NCBI RefSeq assembly: GCF_963921235.1
Contig: NW_026948140.1
Span: forward strand, 620,001-684,000
Length of the DNA: 64,000 nt
Reading direction: 5' to 3'
From: Mobula hypostoma
Taxonomy: Eukaryota
Made by a program: the position numbers and the translations under genes. A model generated the notes under the pieces. That model did no database searches. It was not told the DNA's origin and saw only the letters and a list, made by a program, of their open reading frames with translations. Positions 1 through 12,092 of the stretch are shown here, in pieces. Within the stretch, counting starts at the first letter, position 1, and the number at the start of each line of letters is the position of its first letter.

Positions 1-263
1 TCCCACTGCGGGAACTCCCTCTCGTGGACGGTGGCGGAACTCCCACTGCGCGTGTCTGCGCTGGGAGGACTAACTAGCTCCAGCGCCCTCTCGTGGACGG
101 TGCCGGAACTCCCACTGCGGGAACTCCCTCTCGTGGACGGTGCCGGAACTCCCACTGCACGTGCTGTTCTCAGGACCTGTTGGTCTGAGACAGTCCCGCA
201 GCACAATTACCGGACTCAAGTTCGTTTTACTCGTCGCCGATGGACGGGGTGCAGCCTGAGCGG
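1..263 (-). mobile_element. PLE copy 0, 5' (ORF1-repeat) end only; continues beyond the window edge
   Basis: Matches the ORF1 repeat region of the other copies (gtggacggtgccggaactcccact; ggtctgagacagtcccgcagcaca). It stops about 135 bp short of where the other copies end and abuts ttaggggttagg at 264. Confidence 0.85.
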
Positions 264-1456
264 TTAGGGGTTAGGATGCGAGTATGCGGGCAGTAGGCAA
301 AATATCCCTCTAGTGTTTGTGGATCTCGTACTGGAGATGCAGTATCACTTTACCCTGCCACTTTGTTTTTTGCCCACGTCATTATCATCTCGGTCCCCAA
401 CTTTCCTTTACTGGGATCTTCCTCCTCTTCAACCTCCATTCTGGAATTTAAGTTACAATAGTGGAGTTATTGTCTATGGATAGTGTTTTGTATTTTGGGT
501 CTCCTTTATAGGGACTGTGTGCTGTGATCTGGGGGTTGTGCGGTAGCTAATTGAGGGGTGTTGTGGGGAGGGACATGCCCGGGGGTAGAGTTAGGTAATG
601 GGGGTTGAGGATTCACGGCGAAGGGAGGTGGGGTGGGGTGGCAATTGGCATTGCGGGGATGGGTGTGTCCCCTGCAGTAGCCGGGAGGGCTGAAATGGGA
701 GCCTAGCTACTGTTGATATTGGGCGAGTTTGGCCCCTTGATGGGGTAAGGGCTTGGGTTTATGGGGGTGTGTAGCAGGGTTGGAGATATTAGGTTTAGGG
801 GTAGGGTAATGCACTGTTATATAAGCCCTTTAGTGTGGTGTGGTTTGGGTTCTTTGGGGTGCTGTCCGGTTTAGTTGGGTTGCGCGATCCCTTGGAAATT
901 AGGGTTATGGTTTAGTTGGGGTGTGTGGTCCTCCGGATGTTAGGATTAGGTTGAGGGGGTTAGGGTTGAGGGGGGCCCGCTGGGCGGCGGGAGGTATAAC
1001 TGGTGATGTGGGGTGAGTTTGCCCCTCTGGCGAGAAGAGGTTTTGTGTTTATGGGGTGTGAAGATGTTAGGTTTCAGGGCAGGGTCATGTGCTGGGGATG
1101 TATTCTTCCACATAGGGGAAGCTGGGAAGTTGGGGCAAGTGCTGTGTCTGGATTAAACCGGTCGTTACGCGTCTGTTCTTCCTAGTGGTTAACTCCTGTA
1201 GCGTTCTAATTTCTAGTTTTACTCCTCTCTACTTGGGGAATTAGGTTCCGTTCTGGGGCCCAGTTGTTAGGCTCTATTTCCAAAGTAAGACGAACCTTTC
1301 CTATTTAATGGTCCCCTGTCTTAATTTGTTTCAGGGTGGGTGACTGAAGGGGATCTTCCCCTTGTTCCCTACTCTAATTTTCTCAATTTTTAAAAAAATT
1401 ACGGGGTGTAGTGTTGGCCCTTCGGTGAGTACATTTTATGTTGCTGGCCTGGTTTT

Positions 1457-3650
1457 TTAGGCCTCGTTTAGGCCGTTTGGGGAATGCGTCTGTCGTCTTT
1501 CAATCCATCTCCTCTCTGCTCTTTTTCTTTGGAGGTTTGACCAGTTTATGTTGGTTTCCAGGCCCAGGATTGCTAAGGAGTACATTCCATGCTCCAGGAA
1601 GTGCCTACTAACTGGTTTGTTTTGGTTTCCTCCTGTGATATTACTGAGGTGTCCTGTGAGTCTTGTTCTCAGGCTGTTGCCTGTCTCCCCTATGTATATG
1701 ATATGGCATTGTTTACACTGGATTGCATATACTACATTCTTTTGTTCGCAAGTTATCCTCTGCTCTATCTCAGCCCACTTCCCTGTAGCTCTGTTGCGTA
1801 TGCTTTTTGAAATTCTGATGTATATGCACGCCCTGCAGTTTCCCACCTCGCAGTTTGGCACTGTTCGTACTTTGGTACTGCTTGGTATGCCTTTTAAGTA
1901 TCTACGCCTTTTGAAGGCTGAAACTATGGTGTATTGTCCCAGTGTCCCCCCCCTTCCTCCTTTAGATTTTCAAAGTGTGTTTTGACTGTCTTGTGGATAT
2001 TCACTGCCATCCCACTGTCTCCTGTTATCAAGGGTAGTTTCTGTGTTGTGTTGTCCCGTGGTCGGGGATTTGTGATACTTTTTAAAAAGTCAGATTTGAT
2101 GTGTCTAAGTCTCCGTCTGCTGTAGCCCCTGTTTCTAAGTGCAGAGAAGAGGATAAGAGTGGCTTGGTGGAAGTCCTCTGCCCTGGTGCAAATGCGGTGA
2201 AACCGGGTCAGCTGTTCTTTGACAATGCCTCTAAAGGTGCGTTTAGGATAGTGGCTCCCTGTGTGTAGGAGGGTGTGCCTGTCTGTGGTTTTAAAGAATA
2301 CTTTGGTGGCTAGTTTCTGGCTGCCATTCTGGTGCTTGTTTAAATACCGTAGTGTCCAGGAATCAATTTTCTCCCTATCTGTTGCTGCCTTAACCTTGAT
2401 GGATGGATGGTGAGTGTTTAGGATTTGAATAAATTCCTCTAATTCTACCTCCGAGTGTGTCCACACTCCCCAGATATCATCCAGCTATCTATAGAGACAC
2501 ATGGGTTTCTTGGGGCACTTTGGATAAATAGTTTCCTCCCATTTTGCCATGTATATATTGGCAGAGGCTGGAGCAAGCTTCTTTCCCATCGCTGTGCCCT
2601 TGACTTGTAAGTAGAATTCATTATTGAATTCAAAGTCATTTTTAGTTAGACTGAGGTGAAGGAGTTCTATCAAGGCCTCTTCTGGTCTCTCTAGCTGAGG
2701 GTTCTCCCGAAGGATATCCCTCACTGCCTCTATACCCCTGTCCGTTTCTATATTGGTGTACAGGCTTTCAATGTCCATGGTGAAGAGTATGGCCTCAGGG
2801 GGCACTGACATGGAATTGACTATCCCGACAAAGTGGTACGTATCCTTGATGTAGCTGGAGTGTTTCTGCGATAGTGGGTTAAGGAAGGCATGAATGTATT
2901 CTGCTATCCTGTATGACTCACTGCCGCAGTCCGACACGATGGGCCTGCCGGGTGGTATTTCTCCCGGAACAGTCCATGAGTCTGGGTTCTTGTGTATTTT
3001 GGGGAGGATATAGAACTTGCTTGCTCGTGCCTGTATCCCTGTCAGGTACTCCACCTGCTTCTTCCCGAGGTATCTAGTCCTTTCTAGTTCTTGCAGAATG
3101 TTCCTGATTTCTGTGTGTGTTTCCCAGTATATGGGTTCCTTTAGTTTAGTGTAGTGCTCCGTGTTGTTTAATTGCCTGTGTGCCTCAAATAGATATTGCT
3201 ATTTGTCCATGATCACTATGCTGCTGGTTTGATAACAATGTCCATATTTTCCCTCAACTCCTTCAGGGTTGCTCTCTCCTTCCTAGTTAGATTGGGTTTA
3301 TCCTGTACCTCTCTCTCCCTCTCCATTATCTCATCCAGTGTGCTCTCAAATTGTAGGACTGCTTCTGACCTGTACCTCCTCTTGGGCATCCAGTCTGAGG
3401 GTGGGGTGAAAGGGGTCTTTCTACGTTCTGTCTCCCCAAAAAAGTCAACCAGTACCACTCTCCTGTAGAACTTATCCATGTCCCCCTCAATCTGCTCCTT
3501 ATGCAGCTTTGCAGTCGGTACAAAAGTGAGGCCCCTGTTCAGAACCTTGTGCTGGGTTTCTGTAGGGATGAATGTATGGGAGAGGTTCACGACGGTCTCT
3601 CCCAGTCGTGGACCCTGCCTCTCTCGGCTTTGTCTCCACTCTAGTTTAAA
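1457..3650 (-). pseudogene. PLE ORF2: reverse transcriptase + GIY-YIG endonuclease (disrupted)
   Basis: PLE RT motifs VVNLS..GLTFVPT, FYILPKIHK, PGRPIVS, FTMDIESLYTNI, QVKGTAMG, R*LDDIWG. Linker CEVGNCRAC. GIY-YIG motifs NVVYAIQCKQC-YIGET-RLTGH and GLNE. In-frame TAG at 2485-2487 plus several frameshifts. Confidence 0.93.
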
Positions 3651-4805
3651 GACTGCATCCACCTCTTGACTATGGTCAGGGCTGTGTTCTCTGTCCAATT
3701 GATGTGGTCTGTGTCTGCCTTAAACTGCCTCGCCGGGATTGCAGGAATATAATTCTTAGTTTTAATAACCTTGTCTAGTTGGCCCAGGGTTGCTTGTTCT
3801 GCCTCTGTCAAACAGTGGCTAAAGTTCAGCTCTGGGAAATTTTATATGGGCCATTCTTAATAGTCGCTGAAGCTGTTTAGTCGCTGTTGCTGGTTGATGT
3901 GACCTATTGTTTATTCCAAAGGAAAGGATAGCCTTCTTAGTTTCCAGTTGTGGTTCTAGCTTTGTCAGGATAGCAGTGGCATGGGTGAATTTGGCTCACG
4001 GAAAGCTGTCCAATTGAACATCCTTATTAGGGAATCTTTTGATCCTGGAAATGTTAGAGTCCCCTATAATTAGTATAGGTTTAAGGGGCCTTAGTTCCCA
4101 AGTTACATTTTTCTGTTTAGAGTGAGGATGCCTGGTTATTTGACCCTCCTGGTTGCTGCAAATAGGGGTTACCTGTCATCTTGTTTGTCCCATGCCCTCC
4201 GAATCTTGGGCTGTGTGGTTCCCTGGAGTGGAAGACTTGCTCGGTCCTCGTGTACTGGCTCCCCTTGTGTGTGTGCCCATCTGCACTGGTGTGGGGTGGG
4301 GTGCTGATTCCTCAGAGTCTTGGGTCGGGGAGGCCATGGGAGCAGCGGGCTGGGGCTCCCCTGCTCCTAGGTTGGATTGCGGCTTCTCCGAGGGGCTCAC
4401 CTGGCGTCTTCTCTGTTCCTGTGGCTGGGGCACTGGGGCCATATCGGCGTCGAGTGGGTTAACTAGTTCCAGCGCCCTCCCGTGGACAGTGCCGGAACTC
4501 CCACTGTAAGTGTCGGCGCCGGGAGGACTAACTACCTCCACCGCCCTCCTGTGGACGGTGCCCGAACTCCCACTGCACGTATTGTTCTCGGGACCCGTTG
4601 GTCTGAGACAGTCCCGCAGCACAAATATCGGACTCAAGTTCGTTTTACTCGTCGCCGACGGACGGGGTGCAGCCTGAGCCGTCTTTTTCCGGGGCTCGGG
4701 TGTGATACGGGTCCGGTCACGGCTGACACATAAGCCGTCTCTGGAGGTGGAGTGTCTGTTCCCCTCTCCCCCTTGGGATGCGGTTTCCATTGTCCGTGGG
4801 GTCAT
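3641..4805 (-). pseudogene. PLE ORF1 copy 1: low-complexity N-terminus + SGNH/GDSL esterase-like domain (disrupted)
   Basis: Colinear with the better-preserved ORF1 at 14294-15542. ATG at 4805, premature stop at 4176, terminal TAG at 3641-3643. Confidence 0.8.
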
Positions 4806-5573
4806 TGTGACCGCATTAGGGTTAGGGTTGGGATGCGAGTATGCGGGTAGTGGGCAAAATATCCCTCTAGTGTTTTGTGGAGCTCGTACTGGATATGCAG
4901 TATCACTTTACCCTGCCACTTTGTGTTTGGCCCACGTCATCATCATCTGGGTCCCCAACTTTCCTTTACTGGGATCTTCCTCCTTTTCAACCTCCATTCT
5001 GTTACAATAGTGGAGTTATTGCCTATGGATAGTGTTTTGGATTTGTGGTCTTTTTTATAGGGACTGTGTGCTGTGAACTGGGGGTTGTGCGGTAGCTAAT
5101 TGAGGGGTGTTGTGGGGAGGAACATGCCCGGGGGTAGAGTTAGGTAATGGGGGTTGAGGATTCACGGCGAAGGGAGGTGGGGTGGGGTGGCAATTGGCAT
5201 TGCTGGGGTGGGGGTGTCCCCTGCAGTAGGGGGGAGGGCTGAAATAGGAGCCCAGCTGAGCTGGAGAGTTTCTGCGATAGTGGGTTAAGGATGGCATCCA
5301 TGTACTCTGCTATCCTGTATGACTCACTGCTGCAGTCCGACACGATGGGCCAGCCGGGTGGTATTTCTCCCGGAACGGTCCGTGAGTCTGGGCTCTTGTG
5401 TAGTTTGGGGAGGGTATAGAACTTTCTTACTCGTGGCCGTATCCTTGTCAGGTACTCCACTTGCTTCTTCCCGAGGTATCTAGTCCTCTCTAGTTCTCGC
5501 AAAATTTCCTAATCTGTGTGTGTGTTTCCCAGTATATAGGTTCCCTTAGTTTAATGTAGTGTTACGTGTTGTT

Positions 5574-5591
5574 TAATTGTCTGTGTGCCTC
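5574..5591 (+). repeat. L1 target-site duplication, left copy (right copy 9066-9083)
   Basis: taattgtctgtgtgcctc vs taattgtctgcgtgcctc, 17/18 identical. The sequence is single-copy in the uninterrupted paralogue at ~16325-16342. Confidence 0.9.
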
Positions 5592-8500
5592 TCCTATTCA
5601 AGAATTGATCATTTCTTTATTGATTCTCGTCTTATTTCTTCAGTGATTAAATGTGATTATGACTCTATAACCATTTCGGATCATGCTCCACTTAAGCTTT
5701 CTATTAAAATTCTGGTCAATATACAAAATAATAGACAATGGCATTTTAAATTAACTTTATGAATGAACAGATTGATTTTTTTTTACAATTAATTATACGG
5801 AGGATATTTCTGTGAACATTCTTTGAGATACTTATAGTGGCTTATATAGTGGCTTAAAAAGCTTATATTCGTGGTCAGATTATCTCGTATTCTGCTGCTT
5901 TGAGGAAGAAGTTGAAGCAGGAGGAGTTGGTAATTGTGGACAAGATTAAGGAAATTGATAAGAAATATGTTATAGCTCCTTCTGAGGGGTTATATAAACA
6001 AAGAACTGAACTTCAAATGGAACACAGTTTATTACTTTCGTCCTCGATCGTCCAATTAAAGAAAACAAGAAGTGAATTTTATGTACACAGTGACGAAATT
6101 GGTAAACTGTTGGCTAATCAACTGAAGTCTAATTATGCTAAATCTCAAATTAATCAGATTTATAATCAAAATGACCGACTGATACTTGATCATGTGGGGA
6201 TTAATCAAACCTTCTGTGATTTTTATTCTTCTTTATATCAATCAGAGTCTCCTCAAGATTCTAAATATATGAATGATTTTTTAGATAATCTAGATTTCCC
6301 TGAGATTTCGCAGGATATGTCTTCTATGTTAGATACTCCCATTACCACGGATGAGATTAAGAATGTTATTTTCTCTATGAATTTGGGGAAAGCTCCTGGC
6401 CCTGATGGGTTTACCGTAGAATTTTATAAATGTTTCGCTCCTTCATTAATCCCTTGGTTCTGTAGGGTTTTTGAGGCTTCATTAAAACTTGGTAAACTTC
6501 CTGAATATTTCAATAGAGCGTCAATTTCTTTAATAGTAAAGAAGGATAAAGATCCTGCTCAATGTGCATCTTATAGACCAATATCTTTATTAAATGTTGA
6601 TTCTACAGTTTTTTCTAAGTTATTAGCAAATAGGTTAGAAAAAGTACTTCCTTCTATTATTTCGGAAGACCAAACGGGTTTTATTAAAGGTCGTTACTCT
6701 TTTTATAATATTCGCACACTGTTAAATATTGTTTATACTCCCTCACAAAATGTTTCTGAGTGTGTTATCTCTTTAGATGCTGAGAAAGCTTTCGATAGAG
6801 TAGAATGGCCTTATTTATTAAGGTGCTTGAAATGTTTAATTTTAGTTCGAAATTTATATCCTGGATTAAACTGTTATATCATTCTCCTGTGGCCTCGGTC
6901 CGTACTAACTCTTTAAGTTCACCTTTTTTCCCTCTTTTTCGAGGTACTCGACAAGGTTGTCTTCTTAGTCCTCTATTATTTGATATTGCATTAGAACCTC
7001 TTGCAATTGCCATTCGAGAATCTCCAAATATTACTGGGATAACTCGGGGCTTAAAGTCCCATAAAATATCACTCTATGCTGATGACTTACTTCTATATAT
7101 TTCTAACCCCCAAAAATCCATCCCGGCTGTTTTAGAGTTATTAGCACAATTTAGTTTCTTTTCTGGTTATAAATTAAATCTTAGTAAGAGTGAACTTTTC
7201 CCGATTAATAAACAACTTCCCTTATATAATAACTTTCCATTTAAATTGACTAATAATTATTTTTCATATCTTGGGATTAAAATTACTTGTAAATACAAAG
7301 ATTTATTTAAGATTAACTGTTTACCATTAATAGACCATATTATTCAACTTTCATCTAAATGGTTTCCTTTATATTTAACTTTGATTGGTCGTATTAATGC
7401 AGTTAAGATGTTTTTTTTGCCAAAATTTTTATATATATTTCAAGCATTACCAATCTTTGTTCCAAAATCTTTTTTTGACAAAGTTGACTCTAAAATTTCT
7501 TCATTTATTTGGCAAAATAAAAACCCGAGACTGGGTAAAATACATTTACAGAAAGCTAAGAGAGATGGAGGCTTAGCATTACCTAATTTTAGATTTTATT
7601 ATTGGGCAATTAATATTCGACATATGAAATTCTGGTTACTTGACCAGGATGTTCAGGGTTATACACTTGGCTCTATTTTAGGTTCCTCTCTTCCTTTTGA
7701 TTTGAAACGCCTTAAACAGGTGTCTAACCCGATAGTTAAATATACCTTACGTATTTGGTTTCAATTCAGAAAGTTTTTTGATCTTAATCAATTTGGGTTA
7801 GCGATTCCTATTTTAGGTAACATTTTTTCCTCCCTCTTTTACGGATCGTGCTTTTCAAATTTGGAAGACTAAGGGTATTTCACGGTTTTTGGATTTATTT
7901 TTAGATGGTTCCCTTATGTCTTTTGAACAATTATCTAATAAATATAACTTATCAAGAATACATTTTTTTAGATATCTACAAGTTAGAAATTTCCTAAGTA
8001 CTATACTTTCTTCCTTTCCAATGCTTCCTCCTACATACATTTTAGATACTATAATTAACCTTAATCCATGTCAGAAAGGTGCATCGGCTATGATTTATAG
8101 TATTATTATGAAATTTAGGAAAGCTCCATTTGATAAGATTAGGGTAGATTGGGAACAGGAATTGGGGTTTATCATTTCTGTGGATGACTGGGGGCAGATT
8201 TTACAATTAGTCAATACTTCCTCTATCTGTGCTAAACATTCCCTAATTCAGTTTAAAGTTGTTCATAGAGCACATATGTCCAAAGATAAATTAGCGCGCT
8301 TTTATTCTCATATTAATCCTTTTTGTGATAGATGTCCGGGCCAGATAGCCTCTTTAACTCATGTGTTTTGGTCTTGCCCTACTCTGGAAACTTTTTGGAG
8401 AGACATTTTTAATATTATCTCCAAGGTATTGAATATAGATATCTCTCCTCACCCTATTACTGTTATCTTTGGACTACCTAAAATTTCCAGTAATCTTTCC

Positions 8501-8716
8501 CCTTCAGCCCATAGAATGATTGCATTTCTTACTTTAATGGCGAAAAGATGTATCTTACAACATTGGAAAGAGCTTAATGCTCCATCTACCTTTTTTTGGT
8601 TTTCTCAGACGATATTATGCTTGAATTTGGAGAAAATTAGAAGCAATCTTTATGACTCCTCATTTAAATTTGAACAGACCTGGAGATCTTTTATTCAATA
8701 TTTTCATTTAATGTAA
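5592..8716 (+). pseudogene. L1 ORF2 (APE endonuclease C-terminus, RT, C-terminal Cys/His motif), frameshifted
   Basis: SRIDHFF..SDHAPL (APE); KAPGPDGF, YRPISLLN, DQTGFIKGR, SLDAEKAFDRV, GTRQGCLLSP, LYADD (RT); CDRC..THVFWSC. Split over at least four frames. Confidence 0.93.
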
Positions 8717-9065
8717 TATATACCCTTCTTGTTTTTTTTACTGTTTTTTATGGAGGTCGGGATTGAGGACGTGATTTTAAGTTTTTTAACTCTGTTTGGT
8801 TTCAAGTTAGCCCATTGCTTTGCTTTGCTTTTAGTTAGTTGCACGGTGGGTTTTTTTTGGGGTTTTTGTTTTCCTTTTCTCTATTGATATATATATAAAA
8901 ATTCGTATACTATTATGTTACCTTGGTATGTTATGTTTAAATTACATTGTAGTATTTTTTTTGTATTAATATCTTCTGTAATTTTATTATATTCTAACAG
9001 TGTATTAGTGCCTATATGGCTTACCTTTTTGTATACTTATTCAATAAAAAGATTTAAAAAGAAAG
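5592..9065 (+). mobile_element. 5'-truncated L1-clade LINE
   Basis: AT-rich block with ORF2 motifs, a T-rich 3' UTR, AATAAA at 9043-9048, a short A-rich tail and flanking target-site duplication. Confidence 0.93.
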
Positions 9066-10669
9066 TAATTGTCTGCGTGCCTCAAATAGGTATTGCTGTT
9101 TGTCCATGATAACTATGCTGCTCCCGTTATCTGCTAGTTTGATAACAATATCCATATTTTCTCTCAGTTCTTTCAGGGCTGCTCTCTCCTTCCTGGTTAG
9201 ATTGGGTTTATCCTGTGCTTCTCTGTCCCTCTCTATTATCTCATCCATTGTGTTCTCAAATTGCAAGACCGCTTCTGACCTGTACCTCCTCTTGGGCATC
9301 CAGTCTGAGGGAGGGGTGAAAGAAGTCTTCCTACATTCTGACTCCCCCAAAAAGTCGACCAGTACCAATCTCCTATAGAACTTATCCATGTCCCCCTCCA
9401 TCTGCTCCTTATGGAGCTTTGCAGTCGGTACAAAAGTGAGGCCCCTGTTCGGAACATTGTGCTGGGTTTCTGTAGGGATGAATGTACGAGAGAGGTTCAC
9501 GATGGTCTCTCCCAGTCGTGGACCCTGCCTCTCTCGGCTTTGTCTCCACTCTAGTTTAAAGACTGCATCCACCTCTTTACTATGGTCAGGGCTGTGTTCT
9601 CTGTCCAATGGATGTGGTCTGTGTCTACCTTAAACTGCCTCGCCGGGAATGCAGGGATATAATTCTTAGTTCTAATAACCTCGTTCAGTTGGCCCAGGGT
9701 TGCTTGTTCTGCCTCTGTCAAACAGTGGCTAAAGTTCAGCTCTGGGAAATTTTATATGGGCCATTCTTAATAATTGCTGAAGCTGTTTATTCGCTATTGC
9801 TAGTTGATGTGACCTATTGTTTATTCCAAAGGAAAGGATAAACTTCTTAGTTTCCAGTTGTGGTTCTAACTTTGTCAGGATAGCAGGGGCATGGGTGAAT
9901 TTGGCTCACTGAAAGCTGTCCAATTGAACATCCTCATTAGGGCATCTTTTGATCCTGGAAATGTTAGAGTCACCTATAATTAGTATGGGTTTAAGGGTCC
10001 TTAGTTTCCAAGTTACATTTTTCTGTTTAGAGTGAGGATGCCTGGTTATTTGATCCTCCTGGTTGCTGCAAATAGGGGTTACCTGTCGTTTGTCCCATGT
10101 CCTCCGACTCTCGGGCTGTGTGGTTCCCTGGGGTGGAAGACTTGCTCGGTCCTCGTGTACTGGCTGCCCTTGTCTGTGTGCCCATCCGCATTGGTGTGGG
10201 TTGGGGTGCTGATTCCTCGGAGTCTTGGGTCGGGGAGGCCATGGGGGCGGCGGGCTGAGGCTCCCCTGCTCCTAGGTTGGACTGTGTCTTCTCCGAGGGG
10301 CTCATGGGTGGGGAGGGGCTCACCTGGCGCCTTCTCTGTTCCTCTGCCTGGGGCAGTGGGGCCACATCGGCGTTGAGTGGGGTAACTACTTCCAGCGCCC
10401 TCTCGTTGACGGTGCCGGAACTCCCACTACACGTGTTGTTCTCAGGACCTGTTGGTCTGAGACAGTCCCGCAGCACAATTACCGGACTCAAGTTCGCTTT
10501 ACTCGTCGCCGACGGACGGGGTGCAGCCTAAGCGGTCTTTTTCCGGGGCTCGGGTGTGATACGGGTCCGGTCACGGCTGACACAGAAGCCGTCTCTGGAG
10601 GTGGAGTGTCTGTTCCCCTCTCCCCCTTGGGATGCGGTTTCCATTGTCCGTGGGGTCATTGTGACCGCA

Positions 10670-11307
10670 TTAGGGTTAGGGTTAGGATGCGAGTATGCGG
10701 GTAGTGGGCAAAATATCCCTCTGGTGTTTGTGGATCTCGTACTGGAGATGCAGTATCACTCTACCCTGCCACTTTGTGTTTGGCCCACGTCATCATCATC
10801 TCGGTCCCCAACTTTCCTTTACTGGCATCTTCCTCCCCTTCAAACTCCATTCTGGAGTTTAAGTTACAATAGTGGAGATATTGGCTATGGATAGTGTTTT
10901 GGATTTGGGGGCTTTTTAATAGGGACTGTGTGCTGTGATCTGCGGGTTGTGCGGTAGCTAATTGAGGGGTGTTGTGGGGAGGGACATGCCCTGGAGTAGA
11001 GTTAGGTAATGGGGGTTGAGGATTCACGGCGAAGGGAGGTGGGGTGGGGTGGCAATTGGCATTGCAGGGGTGGGGGTGTGCCTTGCAGTAGTGGGGAGGG
11101 CTAAAATAGGAGCCTAGTTGCTGGTGATATTGGGCAAATTTGGCCCCTTGATGGGGTAATGGTTTGGGTTTTGGGGTGTGTAGCAGGGTTGGAGATGTTA
11201 GGTTTAGGGGTAGGGTAAAGGACTGTTATATAAGCCCTTTAGTGTGGTGTGGTTTGGGTTATTTGGGGTGCTGTCCAGTTTAGTTGGGGTGCGCGGTCCA
11301 TTGGAAA
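10670..11307 (-). mobile_element. PLE 3'-terminal fragment (pseudo-LTR-like), ~640 bp
   Basis: Colinear with 264-898 and ends at the UTR-internal ggaaa|ttaggg site. Confidence 0.8.
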
Positions 11308-11341
11308 TTAGGGTTAGGGTTAGGGTCGGGCTGGGGTTAGG
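11308..11341 (+). repeat. Telomere-like tract (TTAGGG)3 plus variants at a unit boundary (others at 264, 4816, 10670, 15553, 18061, 18688, 19551)
   Basis: ttagggttagggttagggtcgggctggggttagg read directly. Confidence 0.85.
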
Positions 11342-12092
11342 ATGCGAGTATGCGGGCAGTGGGAATTTGGCCCCTTACTGGGGTAAAGGTTTGGGTTTAT
11401 GGGGGTGTGTAGCAGGGTTGGAGGTGTTAGGTTTAGTGGTAGGGCAAAGGATTATTATATAAGCCCTTTAGTGTGGTGTGGTTTAGGTTATTTGGGATGC
11501 TGTCCAGTTCAGTTGGGGTGCGCGGTCCCTTGGAAATTAGGGTGAGGGTTTAGTTGGGGTGTGTGGTCCTCCGGATGTTAGGATTAGGTTGTGGGCATAG
11601 GGTTGAGGGGGGCCCGCCGGGCGGCGGGAGGTATAACTGGTGATGTGGGGTGAGTTTGCCCCTCTGGTGAGAAGAGGATCTGTGTTTATGGGGTGTGAAG
11701 ATGTTACATTTCAGGGCATGGTCATGTGCTGGGGATGTATTCTTCCCCATGGGGGAAGCTGGGAAGTTGGGGCAAGTGCTGTGTCTGGATTAAACTGGTC
11801 GTTACGTGTCTGTTCTTCCTAGTGGTTATCTCCTGTAGTGTTATAATTTCTAGTTTTACTCCTCTCTACTTGGGGAATTATGTTCTGTTATGGGGCCTAG
11901 TTGTTAGGCTCTATTTCCAAAGTAAGACGAACCTTTCCTATTTAATGGTCCCCTGTCTTAATTTGTTTCAGGGTGGGTGACTGAAGGGGATCTTCCCCTT
12001 CTTCCCTACTCTAATTTTCTCAATTTTTTTAACATTACGGTTTGCAGGGTTGGTCCTTCGGTGAGTACATTTTATGTTGCTGGCCTGGTTTT

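Larger units (their letters stand above)
264..4815 (-). mobile_element. PLE copy 1 (Penelope-like, probably Neptune clade), near full length, decayed
   Basis: Order on the minus strand: ORF1 (repeats + SGNH domain), RT, Cys linker, GIY-YIG, then a ~1.2 kb 3' UTR. Bounded by TTAGGG-like tracts at 264 and 4816. Confidence 0.9.
4816..10669 (-). mobile_element. PLE copy 2, internally deleted derivative interrupted by an L1
   Basis: At about 5255-5260 the 3' UTR (equivalent to ~707) is fused to mid-RT (equivalent to ~2853), removing the RT catalytic half and the endonuclease. The RT N-terminus resumes at 9066; an ORF1 remnant spans 9551 to ~10659. Confidence 0.88.

Noticed and set aside
1344..1363. 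ctgaagggga-tct-tcccctt hairpin (also 11983-12001) as a hammerhead or terminator
   Set aside because: A real 7-8 bp hairpin, but it lacks the GAAA core and there is no functional context.
1548..5060. Plus-strand ORFs overlapping the PLE (and equivalents in other copies)
   Set aside because: Antisense shadows of the minus-strand coding regions, with no motifs and inconsistent ends between copies.
10761..11027. Pro/His-rich minus-strand ORF in the 3' UTR (also 18112-18405, 15767-16093, 5055-5297)
   Set aside because: Explained by C-rich composition; length and stop positions differ between copies.
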